DNA of 64,000 bases from Dehalococcoidia bacterium (GCA_965261605.1 OZ253466.1:2401210-2465209), one strand, 5' to 3'; shown: positions 25,385 through 34,395, numbered from the stretch's first letter. The notes: generated by a model from the letters alone, not told the origin. Translations and numbers: made by a program.

Positions 25385-26698
25385 ATGATGGCGAGTACAG
25401 GACCGGCGAGATGGCTTACCTTGCTGGGCATTGCCCTAGCCCTGGCGCTGTCGGTAGTCCTCATGGCCTGCGGCGGCGATGAGCCGGACGCCGACGGAGA
25501 GCGGGCAACGGCGACGCCCCGGACGGAGGCCGCGTCCACGCCCGCGACGGAGGCGGCAGCTTCCACCCCCATGCCGGGGGACGCGCCCACGGCCACCGCT
25601 GCGCCGCGACCGACGGCTACCAAAGCGCCACTGCTCACCATTGGGCCGACCTCGGTCGAAACGGACTGGGAGGCGCTGGTTGCCCTCTTCGTCGCCACCG
25701 ACAGTGCGAACTGGAAACGCAATACAAACTGGCTGAGTGACGCGCCCCTGGGCGAATGGTACGGCGTCGACACTGACGTCAACGGTCGAGTCACAGAACT
25801 GGACCTCGACGACAACCGGTTTCGCGGGGAGATACCGGCGGAGCTGGGCAACCTTTCCAACTTGGAAGCGCTGAACCTCAGCGGCAACGGTTTGAGCGGG
25901 GAGATACCGGCGGAGCTGGGCAGCCTCGCCAACCTGGAATGGCTGGACTTCCAAGCCAATCAGTTGAGCGGGGAGATACCGGCGGAGCTGGGCAGCCTCG
26001 CCAACCTGATAGTGCTGTATCTCAACCGCAATCAGTTGAGCGGGGAGATACCGCCGGAGCTGGGCAGTCTCGCCAACCTGAAACGGCTGGACCTCAGCGG
26101 CAACGAGTTGAGCGGGGAGATACCGCCGGAGCTGGGCAGCCTCTCCAACCTGCACACGCTGGACTTCCAAGCCAATCAGTTGAGCGGGGAACTGCCGCCG
26201 GAGCTGGCCAGCCTCGCCAACCTGGAACGGCTGAACCTCGGCTACAACGAGTTGAGCGGGGAGATACTGGCGGAGCTGGGCAGTCTTTCCAACCTGACAA
26301 ATCTGTACCTCAGCGGCAACGAGTTGAGCGGGGAGATACCGCCGGAGCTGGGCAGCCTCTCCAACCTGAAAAAGCTGGAACTCGACAGAAACCAGTTGAG
26401 CGGGGAGATACCGCCGGAGCTGGGCAGCCTCTCCAACCTGAAAAAGCTGGAACTCGACAGAAACCAGTTGAGCGGGGAGATACCGCCGGAGCTGGGCAGC
26501 CTCTCCAACCTGGAAGCGCTGGGCCTCAGCTACAACGAGTTGAGCGGGGAGCTGCCGCCGGAGCTGGGCAGCCTCTTCAACCTGAAAAAGCTGTCCCTCG
26601 GCGGGAACGAGTTGAGCGGGTGCGTGCCACGCAGCCTGGAAGTCCGGGTGATGAGCAGATCTTATTTTTCTGACCTTGGCGACCTGCCCTTCTGCTGA
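25385..26698 (+). CDS. LRR lipoprotein paralog 3 (about 12 repeats)
   Basis: The RBS is AGATAGGAGGTC and the lipobox LMAC|GGDEPDADGER. It carries 11 repeat cores, including a perfect 72-bp tandem duplication, and a C-cap LSGCVPRSLE...FSDLGDLPFC. Confidence 0.9.
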   Translation: MMASTGPARWLTLLGIALALALSVVLMACGGDEPDADGERATATPRTEAASTPATEAAASTPMPGDAPTATAAPRPTATKAPLLTIGPTSVETDWEALVALFVATDSANWKRNTNWLSDAPLGEWYGVDTDVNGRVTELDLDDNRFRGEIPAELGNLSNLEALNLSGNGLSGEIPAELGSLANLEWLDFQANQLSGEIPAELGSLANLIVLYLNRNQLSGEIPPELGSLANLKRLDLSGNELSGEIPPELGSLSNLHTLDFQANQLSGELPPELASLANLERLNLGYNELSGEILAELGSLSNLTNLYLSGNELSGEIPPELGSLSNLKKLELDRNQLSGEIPPELGSLSNLKKLELDRNQLSGEIPPELGSLSNLEALGLSYNELSGELPPELGSLFNLKKLSLGGNELSGCVPRSLEVRVMSRSYFSDLGDLPFC

Positions 26699-26794
26699 AG
26701 CCACGCGCCCTCAGCTGGCGGAAACGGCGCCAGGGGCGCGCCTTCTTCCCCGGACGCTCTGCGCGAAGCAAAGAAAAGATAGGAGGTCACGACA

Positions 26795-27742
26795 ATGACG
26801 AGTGCAGGAACGACAAGATGGCTTGCCCTGCTGGGCATTGTCCTTGCGCTGGCGCTGCCCGCAGTCCTCATAGCCTGCGGCGGCGATGCGCCGGACGCCG
26901 ACGGAGAGCGGGCAACGGCGACGCCCCGGACGGAGGCCGCGTCCACGCCCGCGACGGAGGCGGCAGCTTCCACCCCCATGCCGGGGGACGCGCCCACGGC
27001 CACCGCTGCGCCGCGGCCGACGGCTACCAAAGCGCCGCTGCTCACCATTGGGCGGACCTCCGGCTCCGCCAAAACGGACCGGGAGGCGCTGGTTGCCCTC
27101 TACATCGCCACCGACGGTCCGAACTGGAATAGCTATACAAACTGGCTGAGTGACGCGCCCCTGGGCGAATGGTACGGCGTCACCACCAACGACGAGGGCA
27201 GAGTCACAAAGCTAGACCTCAGCTACACCCAGTTGAGCGGGGAGATACCGCCGGAGCTGGGCAGCCTCGCCAACCTGGAAACGCTGAACCTCATCTCCAA
27301 CGAGTTGAGCGGGGAGATACCGGCGGAGCTGGGCAGCCTCGCCAACCTGGAAATGCTGGAACTCCGCAACAACGAGTTGAGCGGGGAGATACCGCCGGAG
27401 CTGGGCAGCCTCGCCAACCTGGAACAGCTGTACCTCCATGAGAACCAGTTGAGCGGGGAGATACCGCCGGAGCTGGGCCGCCTCGCCAACCTGAAATCGC
27501 TGTGGCTTTCCGAAAACCAGTTGAGCGGGGAGATACCGCCGGAGCTGGGCCGCCTCGCCAACCTGACACTGCTGCGGCTCGACGACAATGAGTTGAGCGG
27601 GGAGATACCGCCGGAGCTGGGCAGCCTCGCCAACCTGACAAATCTGGACCTCCAAGACAATCAGTTGAGCGGGTGCGTGCCAAGCAGCCTGGAAGACCAG
27701 TTGAGCAACTTTTCTGACCTTGGCGGCCTGCCCTTCTGCTGA
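26795..27742 (+). CDS. LRR lipoprotein paralog 4 (about 7 repeats)
   Basis: The RBS is AGATAGGAGGTC. The N-terminal ~100 aa are nearly identical to paralog 2. It carries 6 repeat cores and a C-cap LSGCVPSSLE...FSDLGGLPFC. Confidence 0.9.
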   Translation: MTSAGTTRWLALLGIVLALALPAVLIACGGDAPDADGERATATPRTEAASTPATEAAASTPMPGDAPTATAAPRPTATKAPLLTIGRTSGSAKTDREALVALYIATDGPNWNSYTNWLSDAPLGEWYGVTTNDEGRVTKLDLSYTQLSGEIPPELGSLANLETLNLISNELSGEIPAELGSLANLEMLELRNNELSGEIPPELGSLANLEQLYLHENQLSGEIPPELGRLANLKSLWLSENQLSGEIPPELGRLANLTLLRLDDNELSGEIPPELGSLANLTNLDLQDNQLSGCVPSSLEDQLSNFSDLGGLPFC

Positions 27743-27904
27743 AGCCACGCGCCCTCAGCCGGGGACGGACAGCATATCGCCCGGAATGTCTCGCAAGGTA
27801 TCCTCGGCAAGGATGGGGCCGGTCAACTTCGCGCCGCCATGCCGGCCCTCCCTCGCTACGGAGGCCTTTGGATGGCCCCTGGATGGGGTACGCTCCCTCT
27901 CTGA

Positions 27905-28267
27905 CTCTCCCCCTTCAGGGGAAGAGAATGCCCCTTCCCCCGCAGGCGTGGGTGTGCTGTGTAGTGGACTCCGCTCATATGGTTCGACAAGCTCACCCCC
28001 GTATCAAGTACAGGGCAGGCTATGAGCGGGTCAACGAAACCATGCCTGCGAAAGCAGGTATCCAGAGGGGGTGTGTGGAGGCGTGGACTCTAGCCTGCGG
28101 AGACCTCTGCGCAACCCGCGCGGCAGCTCCGTTGAATGTCATTCTGATCCCTTCGGCTACGCTCAGGATAAACTACGCGAAGAATCCAAAGCGTTCCATC
28201 CAAGGCAATGCAGCTTGCAGGCAGAGGCTTTAGATTCCTCACTTCGCTGCGCTACGTTCGGAATGAC
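27905..28267. repeat. Mosaic of intergenic repeat units (families D, C, B and A)
   Basis: Family D is at 27905-27926 (ctctcccccttcaggggaagag) and family C at 27991-28022 (gctcacccccgtatcaagtacagggcaggct). Family B is at 28045-28058 (cctgcgaaagcagg). Family A has a forward unit at 28138-28187 and a reverse unit at 28233-28267. Confidence 0.7.
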
Positions 28268-28343
28268 AGTAGGCGCGCCTCTTCTGGAAGATACGCCGGA
28301 GTTATGCAAAGGTATGCGGAAGCAGGATTCTGGTGGGGAGACA

Positions 28344-30578
28344 TCAAGGCTCTGAAGGCTCCTCCACGAAGTACGCGATGGCCCTGTGATTGAGATAATC
28401 TATGTCCGTCTTGCGGTAGACGTAGTAGTCCAGGAAACCGCGCCACTTGTCCCGGCTGACCAGGCTGGTGAAGGCCTCGCCAAGGCCCAGGCACGGCTCG
28501 TCCCGCCTGTCGCTGCACGGCTTGTACCCCTCCGGAGGCCACCAGAGGTACAGAAACTCCTTGCCGGGGCCGTAGTTTCCGACGTATCTGGCCATCCTGT
28601 CCTTGTTGCCGTCGCTGATGAGCAGCGCCGAACCCTCCGGCTCCTGGGTCGCATTGCCCGCATCGAAATAGTCGATGGTCTCGAAGTCGCGTATATACCA
28701 GATGAGGCCCCAGTAGATGTCCTTGTCCACGGTAAGGCGCAGTTGGTCTCCCTCGCCCGTACTCTGGGCTAGTTCGCGTATATCCGCCATTATGCCGGGA
28801 ACCTCCCGCGAGTCCTGGGCGTAGACCAGCATCTCCTCCGGAACGTCGCCGTTGATATAGCTGGCGTGCCAGCCCGTCCTGACGGCCAACACGAGGAGAA
28901 CCAGGGCGAAGGACAGGGCCACAATCCTCAGCCCGTTGCCCGAGCCTGAGCGCAGGACCAGGTGTACTCCCAGTCCCACTATCACGAGGACGACTACAAA
29001 CAGGGCCCAGAACTCGACGAAGTTGAAGAACCTGCCCGGCTCTATGTCGAAGAGGATGAGCCTCACCAGCAGGTAGAGGAGAAGCGACGTTAAGGGGATG
29101 AGGTACAGCCCTCCGGCGCTCAGGACGCGCTGCCACCGGACGGCCGCTATCATATCCCCGATGAGCTTCCCGGAAAGAACTATCATGGGCAGGGCTATGC
29201 TCGCCAACAGCCAGGGCATCTTCTCCCCTGCCCACGTGTAGAGCAGGACGGTCGCGACCACCCAGTAGGACAGGAACCTGGTGAAGCTGTTGCCTCGAAG
29301 GGTGTAGTACACCACTCCCGCTACGGAGAAGATCAGTGGCAGCGTCTCGTACAGAGGCGCGACGACGAAGTAGTAGTACCAGGGCTGGTCTCCCCTGTTA
29401 ACGTCGTGCTGCACTATCCAGTACCCCAGGGACTGCCACATTCCGCTGGCAACACCCAGTGCGTTGGTGAAGAAGGTGGTGTACAGGAGCAGCCACACGC
29501 TGTAGAAGACGGCGGCGCAGCGCAGCCAGACGCCCCTGTTCCACGAGACTCCGACCAGCGTCGAGAACCACAGCGCCGCGAACACCACCAGCGCGGCTAT
29601 CACCATGCCCTTGGTTATGTCCACGTCCTGGATTGTCCAGAGCACGTCTCCGGCGGGTGCGCCTACCAGACCGCCGCTGCCGGCCAGAACGACCCCGTAG
29701 CTCTTCAGAAAGTTCTGGAACAGGCTGACCAGGGCTGCGGCCTGCGGAAGCAGCAGGGTTGACAGCAGGACCAGGAACACCCCTGGTCGCGAGAACGCCG
29801 ATAGCCGGGCCGGTCGATTGGCGCGCCCGTAGCCGTATCCAATGCCCGGTGTGTAGCGGTACTCGTCGTTCGGCTGGTCTGCGCCGACTCCGGTAGCGGC
29901 GGGCCGACGCAGCAGCCAGGGAACCCAGTCCTTCGCTGCCACTATCAGCAGGTAGCTTCCCAGAATGCCTACGACGAAGAAGGTCGTCTCCTTGGTGGCG
30001 AATGCCATTGCGAGCGTCAGGGCGCTCAGGTACAGGTAGCGAGGCTTGCCTTCGACCATATAGCGCCACATCAGGATGATCAGGCTCAGTGTCCATACGG
30101 CCATGAAGATGTCGTTGCGGGCGTAGCGGCTGTAGAAGAGCATCATTGGCGAGAAGGCCAGAAGGACGGCCGTTACAAGCGCCCCTGCCCTGCCCAGATG
30201 CGAGCGGAAGAAGTAAGGGAGGCCTACCAGGACTGTCCCGAATATTGCCGCGGGCAGCCGCGCGGTGAACTCGCTGTCTCCGAAGAGGAAGAACATGGCG
30301 GCAATGCCGTGGTACTGGAATGGGCCATGTGAAAGGGGGTTGTGCTGGTAGCCGAGGCCCTCGGCCAGGCGGAAGCTGTAGTACAGGTGCAGACTTTCGT
30401 CGTAACCTATGGCCCTTGCGCCAAGGTCCCAGAAACGCATGGACGCGGCCACCAGTATCAACAGCGCGTACGCTGCCACCTCCCAGTGGGAAGCCAGCAG
30501 GGAGAGCAGGCTCCCCTTTTGCTCGTCCACAGAGGCGACGCTGGACTCCTTCATAACGGCTCTGTCACTCTCGTACAC
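28344..30578 (-). CDS. Large GT-C-fold (ArnT/PMT-like) polytopic membrane protein, TIGR03663/Agl23-like
   Basis: 744-aa ORF. The N-terminal pattern RFWDLGARAIGYDESLHLYYSF places an acidic DE pair in the first loop, as in GT-C glycosyltransferases. It has many TM helices and a soluble C-terminal domain. It overlaps the end of the upstream YYY gene. Confidence 0.75.
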   Translation of the reverse strand: MYESDRAVMKESSVASVDEQKGSLLSLLASHWEVAAYALLILVAASMRFWDLGARAIGYDESLHLYYSFRLAEGLGYQHNPLSHGPFQYHGIAAMFFLFGDSEFTARLPAAIFGTVLVGLPYFFRSHLGRAGALVTAVLLAFSPMMLFYSRYARNDIFMAVWTLSLIILMWRYMVEGKPRYLYLSALTLAMAFATKETTFFVVGILGSYLLIVAAKDWVPWLLRRPAATGVGADQPNDEYRYTPGIGYGYGRANRPARLSAFSRPGVFLVLLSTLLLPQAAALVSLFQNFLKSYGVVLAGSGGLVGAPAGDVLWTIQDVDITKGMVIAALVVFAALWFSTLVGVSWNRGVWLRCAAVFYSVWLLLYTTFFTNALGVASGMWQSLGYWIVQHDVNRGDQPWYYYFVVAPLYETLPLIFSVAGVVYYTLRGNSFTRFLSYWVVATVLLYTWAGEKMPWLLASIALPMIVLSGKLIGDMIAAVRWQRVLSAGGLYLIPLTSLLLYLLVRLILFDIEPGRFFNFVEFWALFVVVLVIVGLGVHLVLRSGSGNGLRIVALSFALVLLVLAVRTGWHASYINGDVPEEMLVYAQDSREVPGIMADIRELAQSTGEGDQLRLTVDKDIYWGLIWYIRDFETIDYFDAGNATQEPEGSALLISDGNKDRMARYVGNYGPGKEFLYLWWPPEGYKPCSDRRDEPCLGLGEAFTSLVSRDKWRGFLDYYVYRKTDIDYLNHRAIAYFVEEPSEP

Positions 30579-32994
30579 GGTATATTGTCACGTCCTCGCT
30601 CTCGAACACCGATTCACCGATTCGCGGGAACTTGGCGAGTCCGCCCAGGCCATAGGAGACCCTCTCGCGTGGGCCTACCACCACGTACTGAACGTTGTAC
30701 TCCTTCAGGAGGCGCATTGCCTCCGAAGCATCGGGTGTAGTGTAGATGGCTCTGACATCCTCTTCCCTGCCCTCGAAGGCCTCGCGGGAGCCGCGCCACT
30801 GGTGCTCGTGCCAGGGCCAGCCGAGAACGGTCGGCATCCCGGTGCTGGAGGAAACACGGCCGTAGGCGCTCCAGCTGTCTCCAACCGCTTCCACTATCCC
30901 TTCGCCCTCCTTCCCGTTCTCCCGGAGCCACTGGATGGCGGCGTACTCCCCGGGGCTGGAGCGGGCGATGTAGGCCAGGCCGTCCAGGGTGTTCTCACCG
31001 CCGTTCCCGCCCTTGGTGAGGGCCGCCTCCACCGGATAGTAAAGCGATGCCAGAAAGAGACCTCCTGCCAGGACCCACCATCCCCTCAAGGCCCATTTGT
31101 AGACGCTCCCGGATGGGGGTTTTGTCGAATTCAAGAAGTATAGGCCAAAGGCGGAAGCTATAGCAAGGAGAGTCCAAGCCTGGTAATACAGCTTGAAGAT
31201 GGTGTTCATCCTGTTGTGGAAGAGGTCGTCCACTCGAAGGAACTCCGGTCCCAGCGCCAGGAGCAGCGCCAGCGACACTATGGATAGTACGAAGACCATT
31301 ACGGGAGACACACCGGTCTCGGCGTACCGGATAAGGCTGTACAGGCTCACGAAGAGAATCAGGGCCAGTGGAGCGGTGTTCAGAAACCGCTCGCCCACCA
31401 CTACTATGGGGTCGGTTGACCACGTCAGGGTGCTCCAGGCCAGCTGCCAGGCGGCCCATACGAACAGCGGGGCAAACACTACGCCAATTGCAACGGAAGC
31501 CCTTGGCCAGAACACCCTGGAGCGGGCCAGATTGGCAAGGCTTGAGCGCAGGCCGTACGGAGCGGCGTTGTCGGCGTCGGCGCTGGGATACCCGCCGGAC
31601 GATTCGCCCGCGCCCAGCGACAGTGCTCGCGGTATCTGCCTGAGCAGGAAGGGCAGCAGCGCCACAAGGAACAGGCCCCAAATGATGAGGAAGTGCACCG
31701 GCCGCGTGCCTACCTCGCCCACAGGCAGGATGCCAGTTGCCTGGCTGTCCAGGCTGACATAGAAGGGCAGGTACAAGAGTATCGCCAGCGACAGGGTCGC
31801 TGCGACCGGCAGCCATGACTGGAGCAGCGCTCTCGTCCACACACCTTCCTCCTGGCGAACGGCCTTAAATGCAAGCAATGCCGCCCAGAGCGCGGCAAAT
31901 GTGACTATGTCCCAGGCGTTGACAAAGGCGAGTCCGCCCAGCAGCAGCGCAGCCACGACCACAGTACCCGGTTGCTCCAAAATCCACCGCGCGCTCAGAC
32001 GGGCCGGCGACATGAAGGCGCTTAGGCCAAAGGCGAGGAAGAGCAGGACAAAGGGGATGGACATCGCGTGGGGATGCAGGTCGCCCAGGAGGAAGCTGAA
32101 GAACGGGAACTCGGTTATGGTGTAGTCCAAGCTGCCTCCCTGCTCGTTGAGGCTGTCTATGACCCGTGTGCTTCGCCACCACCACAGGTGCTCGGTTGGT
32201 CGCCAGGAAGCCGCCTCAAGGGCGCCGAAGTTCTTGATTCCCAACCACTCCCAGAACGACGCCGGCGCCCACTGACGCAGCCTTACGAACTCCAGTGCGC
32301 CCTGCAGGTTGCTCACCGCTATCAGCAACACCGGGGCCACAAGAGCGAACCCCATCCCTTTACGAAACGATGCTCCGTGGGCGCGCGTCAGGTTGTACAC
32401 CAGGCCATAGGCAGCGGATCCGGCCATCGCCGGTATGAGGGCAATGGCAAGGTTGTAGGAAATGCGGGAGGGGATGAGGGTAAGCTCCGTCAGGTTGCCC
32501 ATCATCAGGTAGCCGAAATAGTAGTATGGCAGGTCGTGGCCTCTCAGCCACGGATCCTCCGGCGGAAAGAAGCCGGCCAGGATGGAGGCGTTGAGGAATG
32601 CGAAGTCCATCGGCTTTTCGGTGGAATCGATGGAGGGGTCGTAGACTCGGTAGATGACCCATGCCCCGTACAGGACGAGGAACACCACTTCCCCCAGCAT
32701 GAGCGCGCGCCTCTCCCGGCGGACGAAATCCAACATCTCCGCGCGCCGTCGCATTGCGAACCACCCGGAGACGACTGCGAACAGGCCCAAGGCGGCCCAA
32801 AGGGTGAGGGGCGTGGTGGGCACAATGTGAAGCGAGCCTAGCATCCACAGGGGCCAGGACAGCAGGATGAGACCCAGGGGTTTGGCTACGGAATATCCCC
32901 TGTCCTTGAGGCCGCTAAAGAGGATAAATGCCAAAGGGAAGGCTATGAGGCCGATAAGCTCTGCGGCCAGGAGCCAGGTTAAGGCGTTTGCCAC
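30565..32994 (-). CDS. DUF2298 / 'Chlor_Arch_YYY' large polytopic membrane protein
   Basis: 809-aa ORF with the signature HDLPYYYFGYLMMGNL visible, more than 15 hydrophobic helices and a soluble C-terminal domain. Confidence 0.78.
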   Translation of the reverse strand: MANALTWLLAAELIGLIAFPLAFILFSGLKDRGYSVAKPLGLILLSWPLWMLGSLHIVPTTPLTLWAALGLFAVVSGWFAMRRRAEMLDFVRRERRALMLGEVVFLVLYGAWVIYRVYDPSIDSTEKPMDFAFLNASILAGFFPPEDPWLRGHDLPYYYFGYLMMGNLTELTLIPSRISYNLAIALIPAMAGSAAYGLVYNLTRAHGASFRKGMGFALVAPVLLIAVSNLQGALEFVRLRQWAPASFWEWLGIKNFGALEAASWRPTEHLWWWRSTRVIDSLNEQGGSLDYTITEFPFFSFLLGDLHPHAMSIPFVLLFLAFGLSAFMSPARLSARWILEQPGTVVVAALLLGGLAFVNAWDIVTFAALWAALLAFKAVRQEEGVWTRALLQSWLPVAATLSLAILLYLPFYVSLDSQATGILPVGEVGTRPVHFLIIWGLFLVALLPFLLRQIPRALSLGAGESSGGYPSADADNAAPYGLRSSLANLARSRVFWPRASVAIGVVFAPLFVWAAWQLAWSTLTWSTDPIVVVGERFLNTAPLALILFVSLYSLIRYAETGVSPVMVFVLSIVSLALLLALGPEFLRVDDLFHNRMNTIFKLYYQAWTLLAIASAFGLYFLNSTKPPSGSVYKWALRGWWVLAGGLFLASLYYPVEAALTKGGNGGENTLDGLAYIARSSPGEYAAIQWLRENGKEGEGIVEAVGDSWSAYGRVSSSTGMPTVLGWPWHEHQWRGSREAFEGREEDVRAIYTTPDASEAMRLLKEYNVQYVVVGPRERVSYGLGGLAKFPRIGESVFESEDVTIYRVRE

Positions 32995-33052
32995 GTCGTC
33001 AGTCCCCGTCTTCCATTTAGGGGGTCCTTGAGGCGACGGCCCAGTCTTCCCA

Positions 33053-34000
33053 TTAGCCTACGGGAGAGAAGAGCTCCTCAACGAACTCGGCGGCGTGGAA
33101 GGGCGCCATGTCATCCATACCTTCGCCTGTGCCAATGAAGAGCACTGGCAGCCCCAACTCCTGGACAATGGCAACGACGGTCCCGCCCTTGGCCGTGCCG
33201 TCCAGCTTTGACAGGAACACCCCGGTGCACCCCATAGCCTCCGTGAAGGAGCGGGCCTGTATCACTCCGTTCTGGCCCGTGGTGGCGTCCATGACCAGAA
33301 TGGTCTCGTGGGGCGCCTGGGGGTCGAGGCGGGACAGGACGCGGGAGATCTTCTTCATCTCCTCCATCAGGTTCTGCTTTGTGTGGAGCCTCCCGGCGGT
33401 GTCGACTATGACGGCGTCCATCCCTCGCGCTCTGGCGGCCTCAAGGGCGTCGTACGCAATGGCCGCGGGATCGCCGCCCGCCCTGTGCGCGATGACATCG
33501 ACACCGATACGCCCGCCCCAGGACTGGAGCTGCTCTATGGCCCCCGCCCGGAAGGTGTCGGATGCGGCCAGCAGGACACGACTCCCCTGCTCCGTCAGGT
33601 AGTGGGCCAGCTTGGCGATGCTGGTGGTCTTCCCTACCCCGTTGACTCCAATGGCCAGTATCACCCGGGGCTGTCCGGGGGTGTGCGACTGCTCCCGCCC
33701 GCTTGCGCCATCTGCGGCCGACAGCAGAGCAACCAACTCCGCCTTCAGCAGGTCAACGACCTCCTCGGCCTCCTTCAGGTTCCGGGACGACGCCTCGGCT
33801 CTCATCCTCTCGATGAGGTTCATTGAGGTAGCTACGCCTACGTCGGCGGATATGAGTAGCTCCTCCAGCTCCTCCCATAGGGACTCGTCGAGTTGTCTGC
33901 GCTGGACAATCTGCACCATGCGGGAGAACCAGGACTCGCGGCTCTTCTTGAGTCCCTCCTGGACCTTGTCGCGCCTTCCCAGTAACCTGTTGAACATCAC
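33053..34000 (-). CDS. ftsY: Signal recognition particle receptor FtsY
   Basis: The SRP54-type GTPase motifs GVNGVGKTTSIAKLA, DTAGR and LSKLDGTAKGG are present. Confidence 0.95.
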   Translation of the reverse strand: MMFNRLLGRRDKVQEGLKKSRESWFSRMVQIVQRRQLDESLWEELEELLISADVGVATSMNLIERMRAEASSRNLKEAEEVVDLLKAELVALLSAADGASGREQSHTPGQPRVILAIGVNGVGKTTSIAKLAHYLTEQGSRVLLAASDTFRAGAIEQLQSWGGRIGVDVIAHRAGGDPAAIAYDALEAARARGMDAVIVDTAGRLHTKQNLMEEMKKISRVLSRLDPQAPHETILVMDATTGQNGVIQARSFTEAMGCTGVFLSKLDGTAKGGTVVAIVQELGLPVLFIGTGEGMDDMAPFHAAEFVEELFSPVG

Positions 34001-34149
34001 AATTCATCATAGCACGGGCCTATGGCGGTCGCAACGCGGCTGCACGCTAGCCACCCTCGCGAAGCTTGTCCTCGTGGAAACGGGGAGCGGGGGTCTGGTT
34101 CCCGCTCGGAGCAAACTCTTGCATTATTTGCTCCCAAGCTCCATTTGCT

Positions 34150-34256
34150 GTCATTCCGAGCGCAGCGAGGAATCCAGAGGTCTTCACAATAGATACGGTA
34201 GCATTGCAGACAAAGGCTTTAGATTCCTCACTCCGCTGCGCTGCGTTCGGAATGAC
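34150..34256. repeat. Family-A inverted repeat pair
   Basis: The forward unit is gtcattccgagcgcagcgaggaatcc (34150-34175). The reverse unit is gattcctcactccgctgcgctgcgttcggaatgac (34222-34256). The latter is nearly identical over about 45 nt to 28221-28268. Confidence 0.72.
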
Positions 34257-34395
34257 AATGAGTGCGTCCTTTCTGGACATACACAGAAATTGCGCAAAAG
34301 TACCCTCGGGGGCGGCGTGGCGGTGAGTTGTTGCGCCCGCTCACATGATTCGATGTGGCTCACCACTGGCGTCCCGTGGAGTACGCGCCCCTGCC

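Noticed and set aside
23546-26704. Long minus-strand ORFs (303, 302 and 422 aa) and several out-of-frame plus-strand ORFs inside the LRR genes
   Set aside because: The periodic 72-bp repeat keeps all frames open. The translations are monotonous (…LRRYLPAQLV…, …PAPAVSPRS…) and lack starts with an RBS. The plus-strand LRR frame has signal peptides, RBSs and a known fold.
23233-27690. 72-bp tandem repeats considered as a CRISPR array or as a DGR variable region
   Set aside because: The repeats are contiguous and in-frame coding units with no unique spacers, so they are not a CRISPR array. No cas genes are present. No reverse transcriptase or template repeat is in the window, and the variation is not restricted to adenine-templated positions, so a DGR is unsupported here.
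28252-29235. 327-aa minus-strand ORF
   Set aside because: It lies out of frame within the 744-aa GT-C-like membrane protein gene, with an Arg/Gly/Pro-rich composition.
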